DNA from: Octopus bimaculoides
Lineage: Eukaryota
Direction of reading: 5' to 3'
Assembly: GCF_001194135.2 (NCBI RefSeq)
Contig: NC_068989.1
Coordinates: forward strand, 49,450,980 to 49,514,584
Length of the DNA: 63,605 nt
Shown here: positions 14,270 to 26,830 of the stretch, one piece after another
Position numbering within the stretch: the first letter of the stretch is position 1
Layout: each line of letters begins with the position of its first letter
The notes under the pieces: model-generated
What the model was told of the DNA's origin: nothing
What the model saw: the letters and a program-made list of their open reading frames with translations, nothing else
The model's database searches: none
Program-made: the position numbers and the translations under genes

Positions 14270-14490
14270 TGGTTTAAAATTTTGGCACAAGGCCAGTAAT
14301 TATGGGAAAAAGGGTAAGTCGATTACATTGACTCCAATGATCGACTGGTATCTATTTTATCAACCCAGGAAGAATGAAAGGCAATGTCGATCTCAGCAGA
14401 ATTTGAACTCAGAACGTAAAGACAGACAAAATGCTTAGCAGCATTTTGTTCAGCATGCTCATGATTTTGCCAGCTGACAGCCTTAATAAT
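14270..14490 (-). mobile_element. SINE family B
   Basis: Homologous to the other family B copies. Confidence 0.85.
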
Positions 14491-14519
14491 TATGATAATA
14501 ATGATGATGATGATGATAA

Positions 14520-15010
14520 TGATGATTTCATTTATTTGCCACTGGGGCATCAGATGAGGTGAAGATTACAAGGACAGCTTCTAATTTGTCTACAGGTTTA
14601 CATATAGGGATAAAGAAAAGGGAGGGGAGTGGAGGGGAAATGAAACGGAAAAAATGTTTACATTCGAAACAAAATATGTGAACACATGGATAATGCAGTC
14701 CTCCTGATAGAAGAGCGCCTCCAGATAGGGCCTATCACCCTGACCAACCACCAAAGGCACAAATTCTTACCTCACTATTATTAATCAACAGATATATGCT
14801 TACAGTAGTTCCATTGAGCCTAACTAATTTTTTTGTCACAATCATCCACTTTTTGACAAATTTGCTAAGGAAACAAACTTCTCTCTCCACATTCATTTCT
14901 CTTCTTAAGTGGAACTTGAAAAAGTCGGCAAAGAAGGTGTCTGTTTTCAATCCTTAAAATCTGGAAAGATCTCAAAATATGGTGAATTTGGATTCTAAAA
15001 AGGTGGCTGA
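14520..15010 (-). mobile_element. L1/Tx1-type LINE 3' end remnant
   Basis: ORF ...FFKFHLRREMNVEREVCFLSKFVKKWMIVTKKLVRLNGTTV resembles Tx1-like ORF2 C-termini, followed by a pyrimidine-rich 3' UTR, AATAAA and a (CAT)n tail. Confidence 0.6.
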
Positions 15011-15218
15011 AAAAATTCTATAGGCTGTTTGTTAGTTTATATTATGTAGTTGGAGTGGTGTCCCCATCTTAACTGTTGCTTTCACTACATTTCAGCTGTG
15101 TATGTTCCACCCTTCTCTAGGTTTCTTGCCTGGAATTGGATTCAGATTTTATTATCTTTGGTTTTTTGTGATAAAGCTTTAATAGTGAACACATTATTGA
15201 CTATATGAAAATATTACA

Positions 15219-15415
15219 ATTCTATATTTCTGAGATGAGGAATTTTATATTATGTACCCTATTTATATTAGACTGTCATCCTCATCTTGATTGTTGCTTT
15301 CATTACATTTTGGCTGTGCACGCCCTTTTCTTCATTCAGACACTTGAAGACAAGATAAGGTCACCACTCCAAATGATACATAATATAAAAATTCCTCATC
15401 TCAGAAATATAGAAT
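15219..15415. mobile_element. Older degenerate copy of the palindromic hammerhead family
   Basis: Terminal arms attctatatttctgagatgaggaattttatattatgta / tacataatataaaaattcctcatctcagaaatatagaat. The interior is homologous to the 61.9-kb left arm (cctcatcttg...ttggctg...cttcat). Confidence 0.75.
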
Positions 15416-16937
15416 GTTTGTTAGTTTGTAACCAAAACTTATTCTAACATGAAACAAATGATAAGAACTCATTGAAGTTGGATTTTTTCATAATATTTTT
15501 AGTTATGAGTAGGAGTTGACTTTGCCTTTCATCCTTTTAGGGTTGATAAATTAAGTACCAGTTGAGCATGGGTGTTCCATGCTCAACTGGTACCTCCCTC
15601 CTCTGAAATTGCGGGCTTTGTGCCAAAATATGAAACCAATATTTTTAGTTGCAAGCAAAGAAATATAAAAGGAGATAGAAACAAAATTTAATAGTTCTTT
15701 TAATACTTAAAAACTGTTAGATTTAATTTGTATGAGGTTTAAGAACTTCCACAGATAATCCAATCATAACTGGGTTGAATAGTTATATTTTATAGGATAT
15801 GCATAAATAGGTTTCTGTAGACTGGATAACTTCATTCATTTAATAGGAAGCACCAGTCTTGCTAAAGATTATGATTATATCAACATGAGTATTTCCAATT
15901 GCTTCATATTTAATTTTCCATTCTAGATTAAGTAGGGTAGCTTTTACAAAATTAGTAGTTTCCATATGAATTGCTAGAACAACTATTTATTTTTCCATCT
16001 GATTGAATACTTATTGACTTTTCTCACTTATGAAATAAGGGTGGCCAGACTAAAAGTCACAAGAAGTTCCTAAGATCACAACACATTGTAGCAAAAATTT
16101 CTACTCGTGACCTTGTGATCAGTAGACCAATAAATTAATCCCAAAGTTAATGTAATTCTATAAAATATTATATAATTACAAATAAATAGGAACAAAATAC
16201 AAATTAACAGATTATTGACTTCCTCATTTTATAACATATGTAGTCTAAACAGAAAACCTACAACTGCTGCTTTCACAATTTAATAGCGAGTAAACTATAA
16301 AAGAAAATAAACATTAGACATATTTGTTTCTCTTTTAAAAAGAAATATTCAAACATTTATATATTTTACTTTTCCCAAAATATCATCAATATTAATTGAC
16401 AAGACAATTTTGTCCACATCACAAAATATTTAAAACATGACCTCCTATGTAGGCTTATTTTAACATTTTATTGTTGTTGTGTATCTCTCTCATATACATA
16501 CACGTAAACACACCCACATACACACACACCCCACACACACACACTGATAAATATTTATATTTCAAGACATTTGTTGTCTTTCTAACGTTATAGATTTCAA
16601 TATATCATAAATTTAACCAAGCTTTTTTTTTATTATCATTTACTTTTCATTTATTGTATGTTTCATCTAAAATTTGGTTGCTGAGTTCTAAAAAATAATA
16701 ATAATAAGCTAAATGCTAAAGTAAGGTAGAAATATTTGTCTGGTTATGATGAAGATAATAATGTTTTCAAAACACAAATCTATAAAACATATATAAAAAG
16801 AGTATGAATTGAAAGATGTGACATGTATGCCTTTCCTAAGGTCACAAACAAAACATGGAAAATTACTACAAAGAGATGCAGGAACCAGACTTTAGTTTAG
16901 CAATATATTGCCACAGGGCCTGTCTGTCTAAACATAC

Positions 16938-17009
16938 TACAACAGTATCTGATTAATGCACGCTGATCATGTTGTTGTTCTTGCCTCAATAGGAACTCGA
17001 TATTATAAT
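16938..17009 (-). CDS. Candidate 72-nt phase 1-1 exon (DYNIEFLLRQEQQHDQRALIRYCC)
   Basis: Strong acceptor (ctaatctcttcttttcag) and donor (A|GTATGT); the only open frame is the one supplied by the upstream exon. Confidence 0.45.
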
Positions 17010-17084
17010 CTGAAAAGAAGAGATTAGGATGATTTCATTTCAAATTCAAATGAGATTTGAAATTTCTGGGCATAAGGACTTTAC

Positions 17085-17176
17085 CCACAAACAAGTTTGG
17101 TAGAGTAATCTGCATTCCATGAGGAACATGGTTCTGAAGTGAACACACTGCTCCACTGAAACCTGGGCAGGACATC
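17085..17176 (-). CDS. Candidate coding exon of an unidentified minus-strand gene (MSCPGFSGAVCSLQNHVPHGMQITLPNLFV)
   Basis: Open frame; donor G|GTAAAG; 75-nt intron (17010-17084) with CTAAT branch point and tcttcttttcag acceptor joins in phase to the next exon. The 5' acceptor is weak and uncertain. Confidence 0.4.
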
Positions 17177-18600
17177 CTACACAGTTTCTTACTATAAGCT
17201 CATATCTTGGTAATGTCATCAGAAGAATGATATATCAGCAACGTTTACTGTTAGTTACAAGATTTCCTATGTGCATTCATTGCCAAGAATGTTTTTCTAC
17301 ATTTTATGTTTATCTTGTCTCTTACTTTATTTTTAACCATCCACAAAAGTAACGATTCAGCCTTAACAATTATGCCAAAGCAGACATTAGGGCTAGATGA
17401 GGACATGCCAGATCCGGTCAAACCATCCAACCCATGCCAGCATGGAGGAGAACAACAACAACAGTCGCAGTAACGACAACGATGACAATAATAACAATGA
17501 ACTTTTGTGCCGTCATCATCATTTTTTACATGCTCTTTTCAATGGGTACTAGGACAAATTCCCCTGGCAATCAATATCCCCTGGCAATCAATATCCCCTG
17601 GGATCTTGTTCTTTACAATAAAAATATTTTAGAAAAGTGAAATTTTATAAAAAAAAATTGAAAATATTTATTGGTTGATAGTTTTGCTTAAAATTTGTCT
17701 GGTGGGTGGGATTTTGTCCTGATACCTTTCTATGTTAGCATGAATTGAATGTGACTTGGTGAGAGAGTATTCTTGAGCTGGAGATATTTGCTGATGTTGG
17801 CTCCTACATGTTTCTAAGGTTTTTTTTTTTTTGGGGGGGGGGGGTTTCCACGATTCCACATGAACCACTGAGCTACCAGGATGATGTTTATATGGAAGCA
17901 TCATCTCTGCTTTTTGATTAACATTGCCAGCTAATTGTGACAATGCATAAACAAATCACCCAGCAGCTAGGTAGTTCTTGCGGTATCAATAACAAAGTTA
18001 TGATGATATAAATATACATACATATTATCTATATAGTGGTTAATGTGTTGCACTCATGATCGCAAGAGCATGGGTTCAATTTTCAGACTGAACAGTGCAT
18101 AGTGTTTATGGGCAAAATGCTATTTCACACTGCACTGCAATCATTTCAACACTTGATATGTGACACACATGTGCACCTGTATAGGCAATATCAAATTGAT
18201 GGAGGAAATGAGATTATGTAAACACAAACATTTGATCACTATAAACAAATCATCAATGTGACTGTTCAGCAAGAAACTGTGGAACCCTAACCCTGAAATC
18301 ACAGAGCTTCAAAATGATACCCATATCTAAACCAGAAGAGTAGGGTGGACTTAAGTCTAGTGACTTACAGAGCATCTTCACTAGTGCTGGTGACAGGAAA
18401 AAGTACTTGGTTCACTCTGTAAAGTTGATGACAATAGAAGGAGTATCCAGCCATAGAAATTATGCCAAAGCAGACACTGAAGTGTGATGTAGTCTTTTGA
18501 CTCATCGGACCATGTTGAACCATCCCGCACATACCAGCACGAAAGATGAATGTTAACCGATACTGAGTATAAACACACACATGTGCATTACCTTCATTAA

Positions 18601-18763
<163 letters not shown>

Positions 18764-19518
18764 TGAGGATGGGCTCTCATATCAAAAATTATAAACAAGT
18801 ATCTACTTGATCAAGTGAACAATCTATATTCATGGCAAAATTACTAAATATTCCAGAACCTTAATATTCAGACTTTAATATCCAGAAAAATATTCCAGAA
18901 CATTAACACAAATTCTCCAATAGAATCAGTGACAAAGTTTAAACTTTAGATTACTGGTACAGAGCACCCAATGTGCTTCTACACAGTAAGATCAATCCAG
19001 TGTAAGAATAAAAGACACAGTGCCACACAGTGGGATCAAAACTTCAAGTCATTATTGTTGCAAAGCAGAATTTTGAACTTGGTTATGCTAGAATCCATTG
19101 AGTACAAGAATGAGTTTTCTTTACTTTTTTTATAAGTAGCAGTGCCCAAAGTAATGCTAAAAATGGGCAACCAACCCCTTGTGGCAATGAAGAGAAGAAC
19201 CAACCATATACAATATAATTATACTCTACAATACACATTGAGTACTTTTTCTTGTGTTTGTGAAACAAAAACTGTGCAGAGAGAAGGAGAAAAAAAAAAG
19301 ATAATTGATTGGGCTTTTTGTATATATAGTGACATTTGTCAAAACTGTACATAGAGATCATGTAAAAAGTAAATATATTTTAATTCTAGATATAAAATAA
19401 ATCTAAAATAGACAAATATAACTTATATTGTATCTTAAGTCTCTAAGTAAGATTTATGAAATGTAGAGCATATATAGACTTAATGGAACAATTAAAGAAT
19501 TTATAAATGTTTATTCAC

Positions 19519-19584
19519 CAGGCTGTTTGAGCAATGCAACTTCTTTCATCTTGCATTTTTGAAAGTAGTTTGCTTCTTTTCCTC
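19519..19584 (-). CDS. Candidate 66-nt exon
   Basis: tttgcctttttcttaaag acceptor and CTG|GTGAAT donor; two frames open; the phase-2 frame is compatible with 17085-17176. Confidence 0.25.
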
Positions 19585-20702
19585 CTTTAAGAAAAAGGCA
19601 AATAGATATATCTTTCTTAATCTTTTAATATCTATTCCTTTTAAACTATTACACATCAACAGCTTTTATGGTTTTGCTTTAAGTAAAAATTTTAAACTCT
19701 CTTCTATTTCACATTTTTTTCTCAATTGGAAATGATTCATTTTCCTTTAAATGTAAGGCAAATAGTCAGCGCTCTTAAATCTTTTAACACAAAACCCTTT
19801 TAACCCATTGCATGTTGATGGCCAACTCAGCCTGAACTTCTATTAAAAGAAAGCAAACATGCATATTTCTGTATATATGCACATGCATGTCAATGTGTAT
19901 ATGCTCCACCTATCTTATAAAGCTCCTCAGGTTAAAGATATCTTTCAAATGAAAAATTTCTTTTGTTCAGAACAGGAAATTTTGGATCTATCATACAACT
20001 TAAAATTTTTCCTGACCAGTAAGTTTCACAAGGTTAATAGATATCAGTTAATCTTAATATACTGATTTTCTTTCCTTTTATTTATATAACGTCAAACATT
20101 AGTCAAATTAGTGATGGTAAATGTTAATGCACATTACTTTGAAAATAGTGTGGTGCCATGCACACAAAAGCTACTAATTGAAAAGTATGTGTCTATATAA
20201 TGAATATAAATGCAGATATTAAACAAACAGGACATAAATAGAAAGAAAATCATGCACATCTTTCCAATTCTGTTACCCAATAAGGAGAAATATCTGATCC
20301 AATATTAGTAAGAAAATGAAAATGTCAAGCAAAAGTTAGATATTTCTTTTGCAATAAATCAGTGTGTAAATGTATTTTTTACTTCTATTACAGCAAACCT
20401 CTATTGCTATATTGCTAAATAACTTGACTTTATTTCAAATGGATTTCAATTATCATGAAACTGATTTTGTACTTCATATGACCCAAATTCTATGAATTTC
20501 ATTTATAGTACAGTTGATTTAGGTTTATACTCATTAAAAAAGAAAAACAGAAAAGAAAAGAAAAGAAAGGACTTGTTAATCTGCTTGGGAATCATTGGTT
20601 TACAAAAAACAAAATATAGATTTAAAAAATTTTAGTTGTCTGAGTAAAAACAGCAAGTATTCAAACAAACAAACTGCACCAAACCAGAAATAGTTAATAA
20701 TT

Positions 20703-21010
20703 ATGAAATTTTGATACAATATAAAGGACATAATGGAAATTAATATGCAGAAGTCAAATTTTGCAACACCACTACATTACATGAAAAATGACATCGCTTA
20801 AATGGCAGCCATTTTTGGCTTCGCACACCCATGCTCTTTCCGCATCTTTCACCATAATACACTCAGGAGTTTCAGATCCCACTTCTCTGATTTTTCAATT
20901 GATGTTCTCCTTCAGTTGCACCAGGGTCTTCAGCTTGTTGACATAAATTCTCTCTTGCAGGTATCCCCACAAGAAAAAATTCAGGCTAGTCAAGTCTGAG
21001 GAATGTGAAA
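20703..21010 (-). mobile_element. Tc1/mariner transposase 3' fragment (pseudogenised)
   Basis: Minus translation ...SDLTSLNFFLWGYLQERIYVNKLKTLVQLKENIN*KIREVGSETPECIMVKDAERAWVCEAKNGCHLSDVIFH matches the mariner-type C-terminus (SPDLTP.DFFLWGYLK..VY). Confidence 0.85.
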
Positions 21011-21029
21011 GTCATTTAAAGTAAACCTC

Positions 21030-21492
21030 ACACATGATTCCAGCAAGATGGGGCAACTGCTCATACTACAAGAGAAACAATGCAGCTGCTATGGCAGTGC
21101 TTTGGAGAGAATAATCTCCGACTATGACAATGTTAACTGGCCTGAAAGAGACGGTTTATGTCAACAAACCTGAAAGAGAAGGTTTACGTCAACAAACTGG
21201 AGACCCTGTGCAACTGAAGAACATCAATAGAGAAATCAGAGAAGTAGGGTCTGAAACTCTTGAGGGTGTTATGGTGCAAGTTTTGGAAAGAGCATAGACA
21301 CGCGAAGCTGAAAATGTCTGCATTTAAGCGATGTCATTTTTCATATGTGATATAGTGGTGTTGCAAAGTTTGACATGTGCATATTAACTTCCATTATGTC
21401 CTTCATATTGTATCAAACTTTCATGCATTTGTTTGTAAAGTTAAGGAAGTTATTAAACATTGAAACCCATCAGTGACTTTTGAGACACCCTG
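21030..21492 (+). mobile_element. Tc1/mariner transposase 3' fragment with right TIR
   Basis: Encodes FQQDGATAHTTRETMQLL...NVNWP, then KEKVYVNKLETL...HLSDVIFHM* (frameshifted). Ends ...gactttttgagacaccctg (TIR-like). Contains a 28-bp tandem duplication at about 21142-21197. Confidence 0.85.
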
Positions 21493-23020
21493 TGTATATA
21501 TATTCATATGACTCTACTTAGGTATAGTGATACTAATAACCAGTTGCTAAAACTCAAAGTAATTATACTTTATAGTAAGTCATCAAGTCAGTAGAGCATG
21601 CTGTGTGCAAACATATTTACAGTAGAAGCAGCTGTAATCTTATGAAAATGAGTGTATAATTCCTGTTGTTTTGTCAGTCATTAATTGAGATATATGTATT
21701 TCTTTAAGAAAGTAGGGCTAAGTTAATTTGTTTCTTATAAGATACAAAAAAATCCATAAATGTGAAGAAACAGATGTAACCCTCGAATGATAAAGAAGTT
21801 ATATTTTCATAGTATAATGGGAAGAGGCTCCTGGAGAGCTATGTCCATTATTTGGTTTCGACTTCTAGTTATAAGCTTTTCCATTACTTCTTTTTTCTTG
21901 CATTGTTAAAATACTTGGGAAAAAACATTAACATTACAAATCTCATTTGCTTTTTCTCTGAAAAAGTGCTAAATACCTATTGGTGGATACCACAGTTACA
22001 AATAGTCAATCAAAAGGTGCAAATATTTGATATTTGATTACTATTCCCTCAGTGTGTGCACTACATAAATCATGAGCTAACAGACACTGGAAACAAATTG
22101 GTTTGAGCAAGAAAGCTTTTATGAAGTCTTAAGAGGAAATATTTCAATTTAGTTTCTTTTTTTTTTAATATTCACTTTTTAAATACTATATTTATATCAA
22201 TAAAGCTGCCACAACTACTACTACGAGAAGTAACATAAATGATTAACAACATAATGAAATATTACCTCAATAGTTAATATTTTTTCCTAGTTATTTAAAT
22301 TCTGTTGATTTACAGTTAAAATTTACTCTTCATATCATTACTTCTACAACCGCTGCTATGTGATAGTAACATTGTTATAATCCTCATCACTACATCATTT
22401 TAATAACTATTGTCTCATCACTGTAGTTTCTTTATAATTGTTATAGTCACACCATTGTAGTCGGAGTACAATCATTATCAACATGTTATAGCAGTACTTT
22501 TGTAATCATGGTAATTACATCACTGTGAAAGCATTGTACTAAACATCACAAATTGATTACTTATAGGCGATGTAACAAGATTTTATATTCACAATATATC
22601 AGCCTTTCTTTTCTAAAGTGTACTGGAATTTGAATTTAGACAACTTTAAACTCATTTTGCTATATCTTGTATTGTCTGGATATGTCTGCATTAAATAGCA
22701 GTGTTAAACCCAAGTGTTTTAACTATAAAATAGCGTTTTTCATTACTGACCATTAAATATAAAGCTGAAAGGACAAATTTTCAGCAGGTTGAAATGATGC
22801 AATTCTAAGCACAATATATTTTTCAGTTTAATTGACATCATGGTAATTATCACCAATAACGTTTATACCCTGTTTGTCTATGTCAGCTGGACAAGCTGTT
22901 TTAAAACTTTTATATAAGACAAAGATAGAATTTAGCACATCTTTAATGACCAGTTACAACTGTTTCTGTACCATCCTCTTTTTAATGCCAATGCATGCAA
23001 AAGTTCAATGTGAAAAGTTA

Positions 23021-23160
23021 GATACCTGCAGTTTTTAAACACTAGAGTGGCCCTTCATAAGACTTGTATCAAAAGGTGGGTCCTTACACTGCCAAATGTA
23101 AAAGCACACCTTTTTTGCAAGTCTGATGGGGTGCTACTCCAGTGTTTAAAACTGTAGATA
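23021..23160. mobile_element. Fold-back MITE-like hairpin, about 55-bp arms
   Basis: cctgcagtttttaaacactagagtggcccttcataagacttg...aaaaggtg pairs with caccttttttgcaagtctgatggggtgctactccagtgtttaaaactgtag; TA at both ends. Confidence 0.7.
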
Positions 23161-23959
23161 TTACATAATATTACATAGCCAAATCTACCTAGGATGCTTT
23201 TAAGTTTCTCAAACTAAACAGTTGGTTTTAAAGATGGTAAGCGTACCAATATTGCTTATATCAAAATTCTGAAGAGCAAAAGACCATGGGATCAATGAAA
23301 TAAATCTTCAATGGAAACCATACAACAGGTCACAGAGCAACAAAGAGAGAAACTTAAAATGACAAAAGAGGTTGTTTACAACATTTTATCACCTTCAAAA
23401 ACCTTGGAAATGAGGTTGATAAGCCAGCAGAGCCAGAGTTTCCATTAAAAGGAATATTTATAAAGTCTGGTATAGAAACCTCTGGATAAAGATTGATAAG
23501 TTTGGAAAATATAATGGAAGAAACACAATCAGAACGGGTGACAATAAAGGTAGAAATAATGAGAGAAGGTGAAAATAATGGCAAAGATATTTTAAGGACC
23601 AGTGAGAGTAATGGTAAGTCAGATCACCTTGTTACAGTGTTTGTAAAATAGAGATTTTCCACTTGGTTGTTGTGTTTATGTGGTAATAAGAAAGTTGAAA
23701 TGTAGAATGATATGCTGGGGATGGGTAAGTTTTGATGTGCCTGAGCAGTGTGGAGTCAGAATCAAATTAGTCACAAAATACAATGTGTTTTTAGCAAAAT
23801 ACAATGTGTGGGCACAGTTAGATGAGATGAGATGAGATAGGTTACTCTGTAAAGGCTGATGGGTCAAACAAACTGACAAAGAGTGGTTAAACTGAATTTG
23901 AGGTTCACTGTGACCAACAAGGGTATGCATGGATAACTATTTCATTCTCACTTTTGCAC

Positions 23960-23981
23960 ATAAAGAGAAAGAAAGGCATGA

Positions 23982-24012
<31 letters not shown>

Positions 24013-24400
24013 TATGAAGAAAAGTGAGAGACATATGAAGAAAAAGTGAGAGATATATGAAGAAAAAAATGAGAGATATATGAAAAGGAAGCAAAAGACA
24101 TGAAGAGAAAGCAAGACACTGGAAGAAAATGTGAGACATATGGGGTGAGAGAAATAAACATATGGAGAGAGGAGAGAAAGAGAAACATACATATACATGT
24201 ATGAAAGAGAGGGAAAGAGAGACATATGAAGTGAAATGCACATACGAAGAGTGATAGAAAGACAGCAAATGAGACACAAAAGTATAAAGGGAGGAGAGAA
24301 GGTAAACTGAATCAGAACCTAAATAGAATAAAATATGAATAGAGAGAAAAAGAGAGTGAGAATGAGGGGGGGGGGGAGCAGAGTGGGAAAGAAAATGTCT
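23960..24400. repeat. Purine-rich degenerate minisatellite (unit of about 21-22 bp, agagacatatgaagaaaaagtg) with (GA)n
   Basis: Unit recurs several times from about 24010 and degenerates distally. Confidence 0.75.
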
Positions 24401-24854
24401 AAATAAACTAAGTAAATGTAAAATAGAAATAATAAAAATAACAATATAGGTAGGACTGAAAGGTTTGTTTACACAACAGGAAATTAAAGTCAGATGATTC
24501 TCATTTTTCACTCCCTTTTTTCACATGCCAGAATCTGTTGTTTCTGGCTGACTTCTAGAATTCAATAAATTAGCTTCCATTCAGTATAATGATTAGTTCT
24601 TTATCCTTTTTATATTATTCTTCATACATGTCTTATTAGTTCTTGGTTGTGTTGGATGGCTCTAAAAATTGAATATTTTTATATGCCTCATTAGAACCAA
24701 ATTTTTCAGTGTGTATATATATATATATATACATGAGTACAACTTGTTGACAATTCACTATGTATTCTCATTTGTGACTAGTTTCACTTACATCACTTAT
24801 GACTTAAGTAATAGCATGAATGATACAACTTCCCATTTTGTATTTAACATACCA

Positions 24855-25020
24855 GGCATAGCTGTGTTGCAAAGGTTCAGTCACAATGCACAGTACCTTA
24901 GGCAAGTATTTTCTATTAAAGCCTCGGGACAACCAATACCCAGCAAATAAATTTGGTACATGAAAATTGTGTAGAAGCTTGTCGTGTGTGTGTGTGTGTG
25001 AGAGAGTGTGTGCGTGCGCG
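24855..25020 (+). mobile_element. SINE family A (partial, runs into gap)
   Basis: ggcatagctgtgttg...cagtaccttaggcaagtatt. Confidence 0.65.
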
Positions 25021-25629
25021 CTCGCGCTCAGGCTGTAAAAGAGCNNNNNNNNNNNNNNNNNNNNNNNNNNNNNNNNNNNNNNNNNNNNNNNNNNNNNNNN
25101 NNNNNNNNNNNNNNNNNNNNNNNNNNNNNNNNNNNNNNNNNNNNNNNNNNNNNNNNNNNNNNNNNNNNNNNNNNNNNNNNNNNNNNNNNNNNNNNNNNNN
25201 NNNNNNNNNNNNNNNNNNNNNNNNNNNNNNNNNNNNNNNGGGGGGGGGAGGGGGCCAGTCAATTAGATTGATCCCAGTATGCAACTGGTGCTTAATTTAT
25301 CAACCCCAAAAGAATGAAAAGCAAAGTCGACCGTGGCAGAATTTGAACCCAGAACGTAAAGACAGACAAAATATCACTAAGCATTTCGCCCAGTGTGCTC
25401 ACAACTCTGCCAGCTTGGCACCTTGGTACTACAATGTAATGAAGCCATTGTCAATGGATCAATATCAGATATCAAGTTATGTGAGCATGTTTCAATTTTA
25501 AGATAAAGTGCTTTTAAACTGTGTATATAAAAGTATTTGAGATGAATAGGACATATATTCAGAATATATTCACACATTTAGAAGTATTTTGTTTGCTTAT
25601 TTTTTGTTACTGATCTCTTTCTGTTTTAA

Positions 25630-25828
25630 CTCTTTAGCATTTAAACCAGCCTTATTTGGGCAAAATATTCTACTTGTTTTATGTTTCAACATCTACCTTA
25701 CCATGTCGTTCCAAAAATAAACTATAACATCTTCAAAATTTTGAAGCTGTAAGATAATGCATGCTCAATTCAAAACAATGTGAATAAATAAGAATCACAT
25801 CTGACAGAGTAATCTGAATGCTAGAGAG
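25630..25828. mobile_element. piggyBac-like MITE, second family
   Basis: ttaa|ctctttagcattt...gaatgctagagag|ttaa; homologous to 50006-50223. Confidence 0.75.
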
Positions 25829-26782
25829 TTAAATCAAATTTGAATTCAGAGGTATGAAGTATCAAACTAGATGCCTCAAAGCATTCAGCTCTAAATTATT
25901 CTCGGCACCATGCTAGCTTTGCTTAAGATACGTTCCATACTTGTCAACTGAGTGCTAGTTTAAGTATTTCACAAACAAGTTCATTATAATTACATGACAA
26001 CAATAAAAAGTTGTTTGTTTTTAATTAGGTACAAAGCCACAAATTTGTAAAGGAAAATTAGATTTTCATATTTGTGTTTTCACACAGGTATCAACAAAAT
26101 GAGATGAGACAACCACAACTATAGAAAATGGAACAGAATCACAGATTAGACTCACAAAAGGCTTACTTCTGTGGCACTCACAACATTCTTTCTTTTCATC
26201 TCATACAAATTTTTGCAAGGCTAACTGAATAATCTCCAGTATACTACCAGAACTTACATTAACAATTCCAAGAAGTATAATGGGCAACAACTACTTGGAA
26301 AGAATGTGAAAATTTTTTTAACATATATTTTAATCAAGAGAAAAGGGTGTGGCTTTTACAAAGGGAAGGAAGGAGGAAGGAACAGATTTTCAAATAAAAG
26401 ACTTGGTCTGAATACTTGCAACAGAATGGGCACTCCTAAGGCATCCAAGGTGTCAAGTGGTGGAGCTAAACCAAGTGAGAAATTAAGTCCATCCCAAAAG
26501 ATTAAGCTTATCACCCAACACTAAATCTACTACCTAGCATTAAACTTAACAGTCTACTAACCACCCTTAGAATGTAGGAAAAAAAACTATACTGGAAGGC
26601 GTTAAGCAATTTTGGGCACCCTCTAGCAATAAATACTAATGTTGTTTGTTCAGCTACAACGTCAATTTTCATGAATGAAACTATATTTGATTAATTTACA
26701 ACATTATAATTACAGGGGAATATTTTATTAACCTAAATAAAACTAAACACATAAGGCAGGATCATGACCCCCCCCCATCTTC

Positions 26783-26830
<48 letters not shown>

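Noticed and set aside
16258-16294. Phase-compatible next exon after 16938-17009 (YSLLNCESSSC)
   Set aside because: Good acceptor but poor donor (GTTTTC); not listed as a feature without transcript support.
17160-17230. Minus-strand CTGATGA...GAAAC...GTC hammerhead-like spacing
   Set aside because: No convincing stems I or III.
17560-17600. 17-bp tandem duplication cccctggcaatcaatat
   Set aside because: Simple slippage duplication inside a decayed repeat; no functional indication.
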